A stretch of DNA of 64,000 bases from Eledone cirrhosa. Lineage: Eukaryota. The notes under the pieces were generated by a model, which did no database searches, was not told the origin of the DNA, and saw only the letters and a list, made by a program, of their open reading frames with translations. The stretch spans positions 28,086,001-28,150,000 of the forward strand of contig OZ024741.1 of assembly GCA_964016885.1 (NCBI GenBank). The letters are read 5' to 3'. Made by a program: the position numbers and the translations under genes. Positions 13,001 to 25,790 of this stretch are shown here, piece by piece (position 1 is the stretch's first letter; every line of letters starts with the position of its first letter).

Positions 13001-16000
13001 AGGTTTCCTCCACCCTACAGTTATTTAAGTTTCCTCCACCCTACAGTTATTTAGGTTTCCTCCACCCTACTGTTATTTGGGTTTTCTCCACAGTACAATT
13101 ATTTAGGTTTCCTCCACCTTACTGTTATTTAGGTTTCTTCCACACTACTGTTATTTAAGTTTCCTCCACCCTACTGTTATTTAGGTTTCCTCCATCCTAC
13201 TGTTACTTAGGTTTCCTCCACCTTACTGTTATTTAGGTTTCCTCCACCCTACTGTTATTTTGGTTTCCTCCACCCTACCGTTATTTAGGTTTCCTCCACC
13301 TACTGTTATTTTGGTTTCCTCCACCTTACTGTTATTTAGGTTTCCTTAACCCTACAGTTATTTAGGTTGCCTCCAACCCAAAGTTATTTAATTTTTCTCC
13401 ACCCTACAGTTATTTAAGTATCCTCCACCCTACTGTTACTTATGTTTCCTCCACTTTACTCTTACTTAGGTTTCCCACCCTACAGTTATTTAAGTTTCCT
13501 CCACCCTACAGTTAATTAAGTTTCCTCCACCCTACTGTTATTTAGGTTTCCTCCACCCTACAGTTATTTATGTTTCCTCCATCCTACAGTTATTTAGGTT
13601 TCCTCCACCCTACTGTTATTTAGGTTTCCTCCACCCTACAGTTATTTAGGTTTCCTCCACCCTACAGTATATAGGTTTCCGCCACCCTACAGTTATTTAA
13701 GTTTCCTCCACCCTACTATTATTTAGGTTTCCTCCATCCTTCAGTTATTTAAGTTTGCCCCACCCTACTGTTATTTAGGTTTCCTCGACCTTACTGTTAT
13801 TTAGATTTCCTCCACCCTACAGTTATTTAGATTTCCTCCACCTTATTGTTATTTATGTTTCCCCACCCTACTGTTATTTAGGTTTCCTCCACCTTACAGT
13901 TATTTAAGTTTCCTCCACGCTACTGTTATTTAGGTTTCCTCCACCCTACTGTTATTTGGGTTTTCTCCACCCTACAGTTATTTAGGTATCCTCAACCCTA
14001 CAGTTATTTAGGTTTCCTCCACCTTACTGTTATTTATGTTTCCCCCACCCTACTGATATTTAAGTTTCCTCCACCCTACAATTATTTAGGTTTCCTCCAC
14101 CCTACTGTTATTTGGGTTTTCTCCACCCTACAATTATTTAGGTTTCCTCCACCTTACTCTTATTTAGGTTTCCTCCACCCTACTGTTATTTAGGTTTCCT
14201 CCAACCTACTGTTATTTAGGTTTCCTCCATCCTACTGTTATTTTGGTTTCCTCCACCCTACTGTTATTTAGGTTTCCTTAACCCTACAGTTATTTAGGTT
14301 GCCTCCACCCTACAGTTATTTAAGTTTTCTCCACCAATCAGTTATTTAAGTATCCTCCACCCTACTGTTATTTACGTTTCCTCCACCTTACTCTTATTTA
14401 GGTGTCCCACCCTACAGTTATTTTGGTGTCCTCCACCCTACTGTTATTTAGGTTTCCTCCACCCTACTGATATTTAGGTTTCCTCCACTTTACAGTTATT
14501 TAAGTTTCCTCCACCCTACAGTTATTAAGGTTTCCTCCACCCTACAGTTATTTAGGTTTCCTCCACCCTACTGTTATTTAGGTTTCTTCCACCCTACAAT
14601 TATTAAGGTTTCCTCCACCCTACTGTTATTTAGGTTTCCTCCACCCTACTGTTATTCAGGTTTCCTCCACCCGTCAGTTATTTAGGTTTCCTCCACCCTA
14701 CAGTTATTTAGGTTTCCTCCACCCTACTGTTATTTAGGTTTCCTCCACCCTACAGTTATTTAGGTTTCCTCCACCCTACAGTTATTTAAGTTTCCTCCAC
14801 CCTACAGTTATTTAGGTTTCCTCCACCCTACTGTTATTTAGGTTTCCTCCACCCTACAGTTATTTTGGTTTCCCACCCTACAGTTATTTAGGTTTCCTCC
14901 ACCCTACAGTTATTTAGGTTTCCTCCACCCTACTGTTATTTAGGTTTCCTCCACCCTACAGTTATTTAGCTTTCCTCCACCCTACACTTATTTAAGTTTC
15001 CTCCACCCTACAGTTATTTAGGTTTCCTCCACCCTACTGTTATTTAGGTTTCCTCAACCCTACAGTTACTTAAGTTTCTTCCCTCCCACTGTTATTAAGT
15101 TTCCTCCACCCTACAGTTATTTAAGTTTCCTCCACGCTACTGTTATTTAGGTTTCCTCAACCCTACAGTTACTTAAGTTTCTTCCCTCACACTGTTATTA
15201 AGTTTCCTCCACCCTACAGTTATTTAAGTTTCCTCCACGCTACTGTTATTTAGGTTTCCTCCACCCTACTGTTATTTAGGTTTCCTCCGTCCTACAGTTA
15301 TTTTGGTTTCCTCCACCCTACAGTTATTTAGGTTTCCCACCCTACAGTTATTTAGGTTTCCTCCACCCTACTGTTATTTAGGTTTCTTCCACCCTACAAT
15401 TATTAAGGTTTCCTCCACCCTACTGTTATTTAGGTTTCCTCCACCCTACTGTTATTCAGGTTTCCTCCACCCGTCAGTTATTTAGGTTTCCTCCACCCTA
15501 CAGTTATTTAGGTTTCCTCCACCCTACTGTTATTTAGGTTTCCTCCACCCTACAGTTATTTAGGTTTCCTCCACCCTACAGTTATTTAAGTTTCCTCCAC
15601 CCTACAGTTATTTAGGTTTCCTCCACCCTACTGTTATTTAGGTTTCCTCCACCCTACAGTTATTTTGGTTTCCCACCCTACAGTTATTTAGGTTTCCTCC
15701 ACCCTACAGTTATTTAGGTTTCCTCCACCCTACTGTTATTTAGGTTTCCTCCACCCTACAGTTATTTAGCTTTCCTCCACCCTACACTTATTTAAGTTTC
15801 CTCCACCCTACAGTTATTTAGGTTTCCTCCACCCTACTGTTATTTAGGTTTCCTCAACCCTACAGTTACTTAAGTTTCTTCCCTCCCACTGTTATTAAGT
15901 TTCCTCCACCCTACAGTTATTTAAGTTTCCTCCACGCTACTGTTATTTAGGTTTCCTCAACCCTACAGTTACTTAAGTTTCTTCCCTCCCACTGTTATTA

Positions 16001-16178
16001 AGTTTCCTCCACCCTACAGTTATTTAAGTTTCCTCCACGCTACTGTTATTTAGGTTTCCTCCACCCTACTGTTATTTAGGTTTCCTCCGTCCTACAGTTA
16101 TTTTGGTTTCCTCCACCCTACAGTTATTTAGGTTTCCCACCCTACAGTTATTTAGGTTTCCTCCACCCTACTGTTATT
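4087..16178. repeat. Satellite array of a 26-bp unit, consensus GTTATTTAGGTTTCCTCCACCCTAC(A/T), roughly 465 copies
   Basis: Continuous tandem units with point variants and recurrent short-deletion units. Starts inside a (TATG)n tract and ends abruptly at 16178. Confidence 0.98.
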
Positions 16179-16499
16179 CCTCTATTTACCACAGTCTTCT
16201 ATTTTCTTTCTTTCTTACATCCAAATCACTATACAATCACAAGTCTTAAGCTGAGTGAAATTTCACTTCTAGAGGAGAGTTTTTCAATATTTAGTTGATT
16301 GTGGTGTTAGTGGTAATAAGGTAATAACAGCTGTAGTTGATTGTGGTGCTGGTGGTAATAGGGTAATAGCTGCTATAATTTAGATTGAAAAATATATGCA
16401 TACAAAGTCCCATAACTGACGAGGAAGTGACAGGGGCGCCGTATTGGCATACGACGTTTTTAGGGATTGTTAAAACTGGTGGAGCTCATCTCTCCAGGT

Positions 16500-16735
16500 C
16501 TGATACAACAGATTTCTCCCAGAGAATGATAAAGAGAGAGAGAGAATGGAAATGAGAAAGAGATATAGAGGAAGAATCAACCCCAGTAACTTGACTGAAA
16601 CTTTTTTTATCAACCTTGAATACATGAAAGGCAAAGTTGACATCGGCGGGATTTGAACTCAGAGAGTTGAGAGCCGAAACGAATACTACAAAGTATTTTA
16701 CCCAACGTTTTAACGACTCCTAAAATTCCCCGCTT
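16500..16735 (-). mobile_element. Degenerate SINE copy
   Basis: ATGAAAGGCAAAGTTGAC...GGATTTGAACTCAG is the reverse complement of the SINE B-box and core. Confidence 0.65.
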
Positions 16736-16776
16736 GAGATTAAAAAAATACTTAATCGTTATTCATTAAATTTATG

Positions 16777-16962
16777 CTGGATTGGACGTATCGGTAGAGG
16801 GTCGGACGCCATGCTTTCCAGCATAGTTACGTCCCTTTACGATCTGAGTTCAAATCCCGCCGAGGTTGACTTTGCCTTTCATCCTTACGGGGTCGATAAA
16901 ATAAAGTACCAGTAATGCACTGGGTATTTGGTGGCCTTGTGCCTAAAGTAGAAACAATTATA
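16777..16962 (+). mobile_element. tRNA-derived SINE (main family of the window)
   Basis: A-box-like TGGNNNTATCGG, B-box GAGTTCAAATCC, core GACTTTGCCTTTCATCCTTACGGGGTCGATAAAATAAAGTACCAG (Deu/Nin-like), tail GGCCTTGTGCCTAAAGTAGAAACAATTATT. Many copies in the window. Confidence 0.9.
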
Positions 16963-17003
16963 TTTATGCTTAATGTTATTTTTTAAGATTGTTAATGTTA
17001 AAT

Positions 17004-17194
17004 TAATTGTTTCCACTTTTGGCACAAGGCCAGCAATTATCCCAGTACATTACTGGTACTTTATTTTATCGACCCCGTAAGGATGAAAGGCAAAGTTAAC
17101 CTAGGAGGGATTTGAACTCAGACCATAAGGGGCCGTAACTCTTTGCTGCAAAGCATGGCGTCCGACCCTATACCGATACTGCTAATCCACCGCT
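17004..17194 (-). mobile_element. SINE copy
   Basis: Reverse complement of 16777-16962. Confidence 0.9.
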
Positions 17195-17217
17195 CTAATG
17201 TTAAATTAATGTTAAAT

Positions 17218-17394
17218 TAATTGTTTCTACTTTTGGCACAAGGCCAGCAATTACCCAGTGCATTACTGGTGCTTTATTTTATCGACCCCCGTAAGGATGA
17301 AAAGCAAAGTTAACCTCGGCGGGATTTGAACTCAGAACGTAAAGGTACGTAACTATGCTGCTAAGCATGTCCGACCCTCTACTGATACAGCCAA
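17218..17394 (-). mobile_element. SINE copy
   Basis: Reverse complement of 16777-16962. Confidence 0.88.
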
Positions 17395-18013
17395 TAAATT
17401 AATATAAGATAGTTAGTGTTTCGTAAATTGTAATGTATCGGCGCCTTAGTCTCGCCATCATCCACGGTAATGTTGCGAGAGTGTTGGTTTGCCTCAAATA
17501 TTTCCGATGATCGTCGTGATGTGTAACCGATTGACACAGTGGTGAATTGATGTTTTTCTTATTTTTTTTATTATCTCGTCTTGGTTATATATTTTTGTGT
17601 ATTATGTTTATTTATAAGGTATAAAACGGAAAGCTACAACGAGTAGCACCCGTCCGTTAACTGAGCTCATTGACTGAGGTCACCTTTACCTTTCATCTAT
17701 TGAAGGTCAAGTTTCTGGGGTCAATTCTTCCTCTATATCTCCCTCTCACTTCCATTCTCTTACTCTCTATCTTTCTCTGGAAGAAATCTTCTGGGCTCAG
17801 ACCTGAGCCCTATTTATAAGGTTCCTAACAATAATTATTTGATTACATATATACACTTTTAGTTAATATTTATTGGTTATAAGAAAAGTAAAAGTATTTC
17901 CTTATAAAAAAATAGACGAATTCTATATTCATTGTCGCATGCGGGTGGAAACCTTAATGGGGAATTGGTAAAGAGGAGAAAAAGAACAAGAAAGTAATAA
18001 AATAACATTATTT

Positions 18014-18222
18014 TAGCGGATTGGCAGAATCGGTAGAGCATCGGACAAAATGCTTTGCAGCATAGAGTTACGTGCCTTTACGTTCTGAGTTCAAATCCCG
18101 CCGAGGTTAGCTTTGCTTTTCATCCTTAAAATAAAGTATCAGTAATATACTGGGGTCGATTTAATCGATTTTCCTCTCCCCCCAAAATTGATGACCCTGT
18201 GCCTATATAAGAAACCATTATT
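18014..18222 (+). mobile_element. SINE copy (subfamily with a different 3' part)
   Basis: Same head and B-box as 16777-16962; ends GTGCCTATATAAGAAACCATTATT. Confidence 0.85.
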
Positions 18223-18235
18223 TTAGTAGTATATA

Positions 18236-18430
18236 AGGGCGATGGATTGGCAGTATCGGTAGAGGGTCGGACGCCATGCTTTGACGCATAGAGTTACGGC
18301 CCTTGTCATTCTGAGTTCAAATCCCGCCGAGGTTAACTTTGCCTTTCATCCTTACGGGGTCGATAAAATAAAGTACCAGTAATACACTGGGTAATTGCTG
18401 GCCTTGTGCCAAAAGTAGAAACAATTATTT
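18236..18430 (+). mobile_element. SINE copy
   Basis: Near-identical to 16777-16962. Confidence 0.9.
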
Positions 18431-18844
18431 TAGTGGTATATAAATTGATCCGAATATTTAATTGGGAGTTTATTTTATCGAACCCAGAATGACAAAAAAT
18501 AGATTTGCCTTCACCAGAATTTAATCTCAGACTTCAAACAAGTCATGCCACCAGACGTTCTGCTGATTCTGCAAATCTCTATTATTCCTTTTTCTTCTCG
18601 GTTACTTTTCTCTTTTACTTCCACCTTTCTTCCTACTTATTTACGACAAAAGGCTTTCCATTCAGAATATTTCATATGAATTCAAGGTTATGTGATGGTT
18701 GAACAACTTGAAATGCTGACTTTGACTTTTTGGGATAAAAAAAATGTTTACGTCAGACGTTTTGTCCATCGAGATTCTGTGTTTACAATGTCTAATAGAA
18801 AATATATTGATATATAGAAAAATTTTTGTTGTGTGGTTGTTTAT

Positions 18845-18943
<99 letters not shown>

Positions 18944-19111
18944 TATGTGTGTGTATGTGTGTGTGCAAGATATCATAGATAAAAGACCAAAGAAATAATG
19001 CTCAATTTAGTACAAGAGAGCTTATATAGTTCTATCAAAGTTAATACATTTAACATGTATGCGTAACCTTAGGTTCGGAGTCCTTGTGCCCGACGAGAGA
19101 GGCCAGTTTTA

Positions 19112-19145
<34 letters not shown>

Positions 19146-19150
<5 letters not shown>

Positions 19151-19560
19151 ATATTAATAAATGGAAACTATATTTATAAACCATATTTATTTTATTATAA
19201 GGGCAACCGAGGCAAATTATGGTGCGCTTTCATCAGATAAAATACAGATTTGTTTTATAAATAAATATTGACATACCCGGAAAAAGACAACCTTAACGGT
19301 TGGAGCTTCCTGGATAGTGTCTTTTTTCCGGGTATGTCAATATTTATTTATAAAACAAATCTGTATTTTATCTGATGAAAGCGCACCATAATTTGCCTTG
19401 GTTGCCCTTGAAATGTGTATAATAAAATAAATATGGTTTGATAAATATAGTTTCCATTTATTAATATATTGTGTATTTACTCCACTAACTTGTTGAGTGC
19501 TTTATATCAGTTATAAATTTTTTTAAGCTTGTTGAATCCCAACAAATTAAATATAACTTC

Positions 19561-19565
<5 letters not shown>
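19146..19565 (+). mobile_element. Hairpin-shaped Penelope-type terminal element with a hammerhead
   Basis: Inverted arms ~19146-19289 and ~19318-19472, plus a unique tail to 19565. Flanked by (TA)n. Confidence 0.75.
19364..19429 (+). ncRNA. Type I hammerhead ribozyme
   Basis: TATTTTAT-CTGATGA-AAGCGCACC..GGTTGCCCTT-GAA-ATGTGTAT-A-ATAAAATA. Same family as the HHR at 60633-60703. Confidence 0.75.
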
Positions 19566-19601
<36 letters not shown>

Positions 19602-19606
<5 letters not shown>

Positions 19607-20012
19607 TGTATATATAGTATATTTGGCAATATACTGTATGTTTAATGTAAAACATTTAGAAGACCATTCGCTATGAGTTTTAAAGTAGTGACTATGTCAC
19701 TTAATTATTCTCGGCAAAAACAAGAGAGAGTGGCCGACAGACAGTCTGTTTCTCGCTTGTGAGTGTTAATCAAGACCACACACTCAGTTGTCTTTGCCGA
19801 GAATTATAGAGGCTGGATTCTTATAGAATTGCAGTAATAAAATTCCAGTAATAGAATTCCAGCTGATTAAACAGAGCGATTTCCGGTCCAGCAAAAATTA
19901 GATATTAGTATTGGTGCTCTGAAATAGCGATGTATACATGAATGTATGTATAGTATATTTGGCAATATACCGTAATAGTCTTCTAAATGTTTTTAATTAA
20001 ACATACAGTATA
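19602..20012 (-). mobile_element. ~336-bp non-coding unit with terminal redundancy and a short inversion; related to the 309-bp repeat
   Basis: 19602-19638 recurs at 19938-19974. 19975-20012 is the inverse of ~19629-19668. Shares CCGGTCC..GCTCTGAAATAGCGAT with 48940-48990. Degenerate HHR at ~19731-19790 (-). Confidence 0.65.
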
Positions 20013-20153
20013 TATATATGTATGGAAAAAGTAAACGGAAACAACAACGCAAAAAACACGCTACAATGAAGAAATATATTAATTTAACGCTTGATATAGT
20101 AAGAAAAGAGTCTTTACGTATATATGTATAAATATATATATATATATATATTT

Positions 20154-20720
20154 ATTTCATTTCTGAATTTGTTTAGCAAGATTCTTTATCTGAAATCGTG
20201 TGTTGAAACCGATATTGTTATACTTTGGGAGGGTCATGTTGCCAATAAAAAACACACGCACCAGTTGCTTTCACTTCAATTTATTATATATTTATAAATT
20301 TATAAATTTCTGGTTGGTTGGTTGGTTCCACAACCAGATAGTTGTTTATATATAGTCATAGTCCTTTCGTCACACACTCTGTGACCTCTTCAGTGACTGG
20401 GGATTCCTTTCTTTGTCTCCGTGCCTCTCCTTTGTTCTGTCCTACGCCATTTTGTTTTGAGAAACAAAATGGCGTAGGACAGAACAAAGGAGAGGCACGG
20501 AAACAAAGAAAGGAATTCCCAGTCACTGAAGAGGTCACAGAGTGTGTGACGAAAGGACTATGACTATATATAAACAACTATCTGGTTGTGGAACCAACCA
20601 ACCAACCAGAAATTTATAAATTTATAAATTTGTAAATTTATAAATATATAATAAACTGAAGTGAAAGCAGCTGGTGCGTGTGTTTCTTATTGGCAACATG
20701 ACCCTCCCAAAGTATAACAA
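20154..20720. mobile_element. Palindrome of two Penelope family-A 3' termini (pseudo-LTRs)
   Basis: Near-perfect inverted arms centred at ~20460. Same sequence as the ends of 39165-41040 and 47588-48640. Confidence 0.88.
20521..20565 (+). ncRNA. Minimal type I hammerhead (family A), mirrored at 20354-20398 (-)
   Basis: AGTCA-CTGAAGA-G-GTCACA..TGTGAC-GAAA-GGAC-TA-TGACT. Confidence 0.85.
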
Positions 20721-21190
20721 TATATATATTTATATATCCACATAACATACATATATGTATATAAATATATATCTCAACATAACATATATATATGTATATA
20801 TAAATATAAATATATATATATTTATATATCCACATAATATACATACTGTATATGTATATAAATATATATCTCCACATAACATATATATATGTATATATAA
20901 ATATAAATATATATATATTTATATATCCACATAATATACATATATGTATATAAATATATATCTCCACATAACATATATATATGTATATATAAATATAAAT
21001 ATATATATATTTATATATTCACATAATATACATATATGTATATAAATATATATCTCCACATAACATATATATATGTATATATAAATATAAATATATATAT
21101 ATTTATATATCCACATAATATACATATATGTATATAAATATATATCTCCACATAACATATATATATGTATATATAAATATAAGTATATAT
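20720..21190. repeat. ~92-bp AT-rich minisatellite, about 5 copies
   Basis: Recurring TATCCACATAATATACA / CTCCACATAAC marks (20927 to 21111 is two units). One more unit at ~25495-25570. Confidence 0.85.
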
Positions 21191-21194
21191 ATAT

Positions 21195-23686
21195 TTAGTT
21201 TTGCGAGTTTTTTTATATGAAATCGTGTGTCGAAACAAATATTGTTATACTTGGGGAGGGTCATATTGTAATAATATTGCCAGAATTAATAACAGAACAC
21301 ACTCACTGTTTGGTTGGTTTTCGCTTCTCGCTTCTGTGTCTTTTATATCGGTAATCTAACTTACTCGGTCCTCAATGTTGCCATTGACTGACCGACGGTC
21401 AAAAATAATACAGATACAATATAGACACAAACACATATATATAGTTTATCATAAATCTTTCGTTGCACATCTGCAACATCGTCAGTGGTTCTATTGTTTC
21501 CTCCTGTTGAATTGTATGGCTACGCCGTTTTTATTCAGTCTGTCTATATATTTATTTATTTATTTGCTTGTTTGTTTATTTTATTTTGTCTTCTTTGCGC
21601 ATGCGTTTGCGTGTGTGTATAGTGTTTTGTTTGATGTGTGATGTGTGTTCGTGATTGGGTGACTAATGTGTGTTTATGTGTTTGTTGTTATTGTGCTTGT
21701 GTATGTATTTATTTATTTATTTATTTTATTTTATTTTATTTTATTTACTTTATTTACTTATTTATACTTCTCTTAGGTCAGTGTTGTTTGTTTGGGTGTT
21801 GTTGTTATTCCATTCATTCTTTCTGTTTAGTTTTGGTCTTCTAATTTCTATTTCAGTGGCCTCTCTGATTTGCCTATCTGCTGGGTCATTTCTATGTTTA
21901 GATATTATTCTAATTTCTATGTTGTCTATGTTACCGTCATGTTGTTGTCTAGCATGTTCGTATAGTACTGACCCGTTTTTTCGTCCTTTTAGTTCCCCCC
22001 AGTGTTGGTCTATCCTTTCACCTATGCTACGAGCTGTCTCACCTATGTATGTTGTTGTCATGTTTCTGCAGGTACCCTCTGTACATTTTATGCTATAGAC
22101 TACGTTTCTAGTTTTACAGTTTATCCGGGGGTTTACCTTACATATGATACATTTCCTATTGGTACAGTGGGTTTTCTTAAAAGGGTAGGTTTTGCTGATC
22201 AGGGATTTTATGGTGGTTCCTGGCTTTTCTACCACCTTAATTTTTAAGTGGGTCTTTCTCAGGGCCTTTCTACACTGGTTAGCTAATTTCCCTCCAGGAG
22301 TAGCGTCCACAAACATGACACTCTGGTATCTCTGGTTGTCGTACCATGAGGTGGCTTTCCCTATCTTATGTCTAGCCCTATCTAAGCTATTCCATGATTT
22401 GCTCCTGTATAATGGGCAAATTCCTTTCATGTCCAGTTCTATGAGGCTCTTATACTTCTCCATGGCTCCTTCGTATACTCTGACTCTGTCTCTTTGGTTG
22501 TAGCCAGAGAACTGCATGCGGTTGATGAAGTGTTGGATGTGTCTTTCCATTTCTGTTGGGTCGCACATGCGGGACACATTCTTCATCACTCGTACCAAAT
22601 CTGCGATCAGAATATTAAACTTAGCACTACTGGACATTGCTGAGTTTTTTAGTATCAGGAATTTGGAGGCCATGGGTTTAGCATAGTGTGAGTGGAGAAT
22701 TTGGGCTCTCTCGTCTATAGTGTTAATCCAGAGTTCTGTGTCTAATACAGGTAGTCTATTGTTAGGGTGTTTGGAAGGGAAGTCGATAGTTACAGTTATA
22801 CTCTGGTGTATGGAATTAGCTATCTGCTGGATGCTTTCCATTGTGCTACGTTCTAAATCAAACTTGTTAGTGCTCTCTAGTGGGGATGTTCTTATAACTA
22901 TATTGATATCGTCTACATAACGAGAGTACATGATGAGGTCTATGGAGCTCTCATTAAGGAGATGTTTAAGTCTCTTTTCCCACCATACCATGAAAAGGTT
23001 GGCAACATCACCAGCTATGCTGACGCCAATGGCTGCTCCTTCATTTTGGGTGTAGATCTTCTCGTTGAACTTAAATATGTGGCCCTTGAGGGTAGTTTTG
23101 ATACTAGCCCCTATTGCATGTGCGACCATTTTTCTTACCTGATCATTGTTTTGGGGGGTCCGTATAGCTTTGGTCCACCCAATCCACCTTCCCATGGGAG
23201 TCTTTTTTGCCATTGAGGTTATGGGGGGGCGTCTACCTCTTATGGGTCTACTAGGGCAGAAACGTCTAAGGTCATGGCTGTATAGGTAGTCAGTGTCGTA
23301 GGTAAGTCTAAGTAGGAGGCCCAGTTCGTCTGTGTCGACGTCGCAGAACTCCACCTGACTCTCAATGATCATCTCCACACATTTTTTCACAGCAAAATCA
23401 ATGTTAATGGATGGGTACAGTGACACCACATCCATGCTGCCTATTATACAGTTGGATAGGTTCCTGTTTTTGTTGCACTCACTGATTCTGCTGAGGAGGT
23501 CCTCTGTACTGTCACATACATCCGGGGACATCTTGATTATGGGGCGTATAACCATTGAGAGGAAGTAGTAGATCCTGTAGTTACTAGCTATATTAGCTCC
23601 GCATACGGGTCTTGTTGGTGGTCCTGTTGTCGGGTCGTCGACTGTCTTGTGGTCTTTGCGGAGCCCATACAACAATGGCATACCAC
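21195..23686 (-). mobile_element. Penelope-like element family B, 5'-truncated (RT + GIY-YIG ORF ending at 21762)
   Basis: TRPVCGA, MDVVSLYPSI, QNEGAAIG, RYVDD, LPVLD, YAKPMASK; endonuclease CxxxxCxxC..NVVYSIKC..YIGETARS..R..H..E..LN. The first ~30 aa of the ORF track entry come from the inverted arm. Confidence 0.93.
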
Positions 23687-25490
23687 CCAAAATGAAGGAG
23701 CAGCCATTGGCGTCAGCATAGCTGGTGATGTTGCCAACCTTTTCATGGTATGGTGGGAAAGGAGACTTAAACATCTCCTTAATGAGAGCTCCATAGACCT
23801 CATCATGTACTCTCGTTATGTAGACGATATCAATATAGTTATAAGAACATCCCCACTAGAGAGCACTAACAAGTTTGATTTAGAACGTAGCACAATGGAA
23901 AGCATCCAGCAGATAGCTAATTCCATACACCAGAGTATAACTGTAACTATCGACTTCCCTTCCAAACACCCTAACAATAGACTACCTGTATTAGACACAG
24001 AACTCTGGATTAACACTATAGACGAGAGAGCCCAAATTCTCCACTCACACTATGCTAAACCCATGGCCTCCAAATACCTGATACTAAAAAACTCAGCAAT
24101 GTCCAGTAGTGCTAAGTTTAATATTCTGATCGCAGATTTGGTACGAGTGATGAAGAATGTGTCCCGCATGTGCGACCCAACAGAAATGGAAAGACACATC
24201 CAACACTTCATCAACCGCATGCAGTTCTCTGGCTACAACCAAAGAGACAGAGTCAGAGTATACGAAGGAGCCATGGAGAAGTATAAGAGCCTCATAGAAC
24301 TGGACATGAAAGGAATTTGCCCATTATACAGGAGCAAATCATGGAATAGCTTAGATAGGGCTAGACATAAGATAGGGAAAGCCACCTCATGGTACGACAA
24401 CCAGAGATACCAGAGTGTCATGTTTGTGGACGCTACTCCTGGAGGGAAATTAGCTAACCAGTGTAGAAAGGCCCTGAGAAAGACCCACTTAAAAATTAAG
24501 GTGGTAGAAAAGCCAGGAACCACCATAAAATCCCTGATCAGCAAAACCTACCCTTTTAAGAAAACCCACTGTACCAATAGGAAATATATCATATGTAAGG
24601 TAAATCCCCGGATAAACTGTAAAACTAGAAACGTAGTCTATAGCATAAAATGTACAGAGGGTACCTGCAGAAACATGACAACAACATACATAGGTGAGAC
24701 AGCTCGTAGCATAGGTGAAAGGATAGACCAACACTGGGGGGAACTAAAAGGACGAAAAAACGGGTCAGTACTATACGAACATGCCAGGCAACAACATGAC
24801 GGTAACATAGACAACATAGAAATTAGAATAATATCTAAACATAGAAATGACCCAGCAGATAGGCAAATCAGAGAGGCCACTGAAATAGAAATTAGAAGAC
24901 CAAAACTAAACAGAAAGAATGAATGGAATAACAACAACACCCAAACAAACAACACTGACCTAAGAGAAGTATAAATAAGTAAATAAAGTAAATAAAATAA
25001 AATAAAATAAAATAAATAAATAAATACATACACAAGCACAATAACAACAAACACATAAACACATATTAGTCACCCAATCACGAACACACATCACACATCA
25101 AACAAAACACTATACACACACGCAAACGCATGAGCAAAGAAGACAAAATAAAATAAACAAACAAGCAAATAAATAAATAAATATATAGACAGACTGAATA
25201 AAAATGGCGTAGCCATACAATTCAACAGGAGGAAACAATAGAACCACTGACGATGTTGCAGATGTGCAACGAAAGATTTATGATAAACTATATATGTGTT
25301 TGTGTCTATATTGTATCTGTATTATTTTTGACCGTCGGTCAGTCAATGGCAACATTGAGGACCGAGTAAGTTAGATTACCGATATAAAAGACACAGAAGC
25401 GAGAAGCGAAAACCAACCAAACAGTGAGTGTGTTCTGTTATTAATTCTGGCAATATTACACAAATATGACCCTCCCCAAGTATAACAATA
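23685..25490 (+). mobile_element. Inverted, more truncated copy of Penelope family B (ORF to 24974)
   Basis: Near-identical reverse complement of 21241-23052; junction at ~23685. Confidence 0.93.
25243..25284 (+). ncRNA. Minimal type I hammerhead (family B), mirrored at 21448-21489 (-)
   Basis: ACCA-CTGACGA-T-GTTGCA-GATG-TGCAAC-GAAA-GATT-TA-TGAT, with one stem I mismatch. Confidence 0.8.
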
Positions 25491-25790
25491 TATATATATA
25501 TATATCCACATAATATACATATATGTATATAAATATATATCTCCACATAACATATATATATGTATATATATATCTAAATATATATGCGGCTGCGTGGGTT
25601 TGTGTTTGTACAGAAAAGGGAGAAGAATAGAATTGGAATTTGGTGCGTTCTTGATATAGAGAATATTCTGGTAGGTGACATAAAGTTGATGGAAGAGCGT
25701 ACATCCTGTAACTATAGTGAGGGAGAGGCAGGCACGGTTAACAAGGGCTAGTCCTTAGAAACGTAAATCTGAAATACATACACACCACAA

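Noticed and set aside
4087-16178. CRISPR array or telomere repeat
   Set aside because: Units are contiguous with no unique spacers and there are no cas genes. TTAGG and CCCTA occur only as parts of a 26-mer, not as telomeric tandem repeats.
412-16178. RT functionally coupled to the adjacent satellite (telomerase-like synthesis)
   Set aside because: The RT is a decayed R4-like element, no 26-bp template was seen in it, and adjacency is expected at this TE density.
16414-16460. CTGACGA hammerhead core
   Set aside because: No matching GAAA or helices were found in normal or permuted order.
23687-23774. N-termini of the 670-aa and 441-aa ORFs
   Set aside because: They are antisense read-through across the inversion junction, not real protein starts. 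The same applies to the starts of 39729..40817 and 61668..62153.
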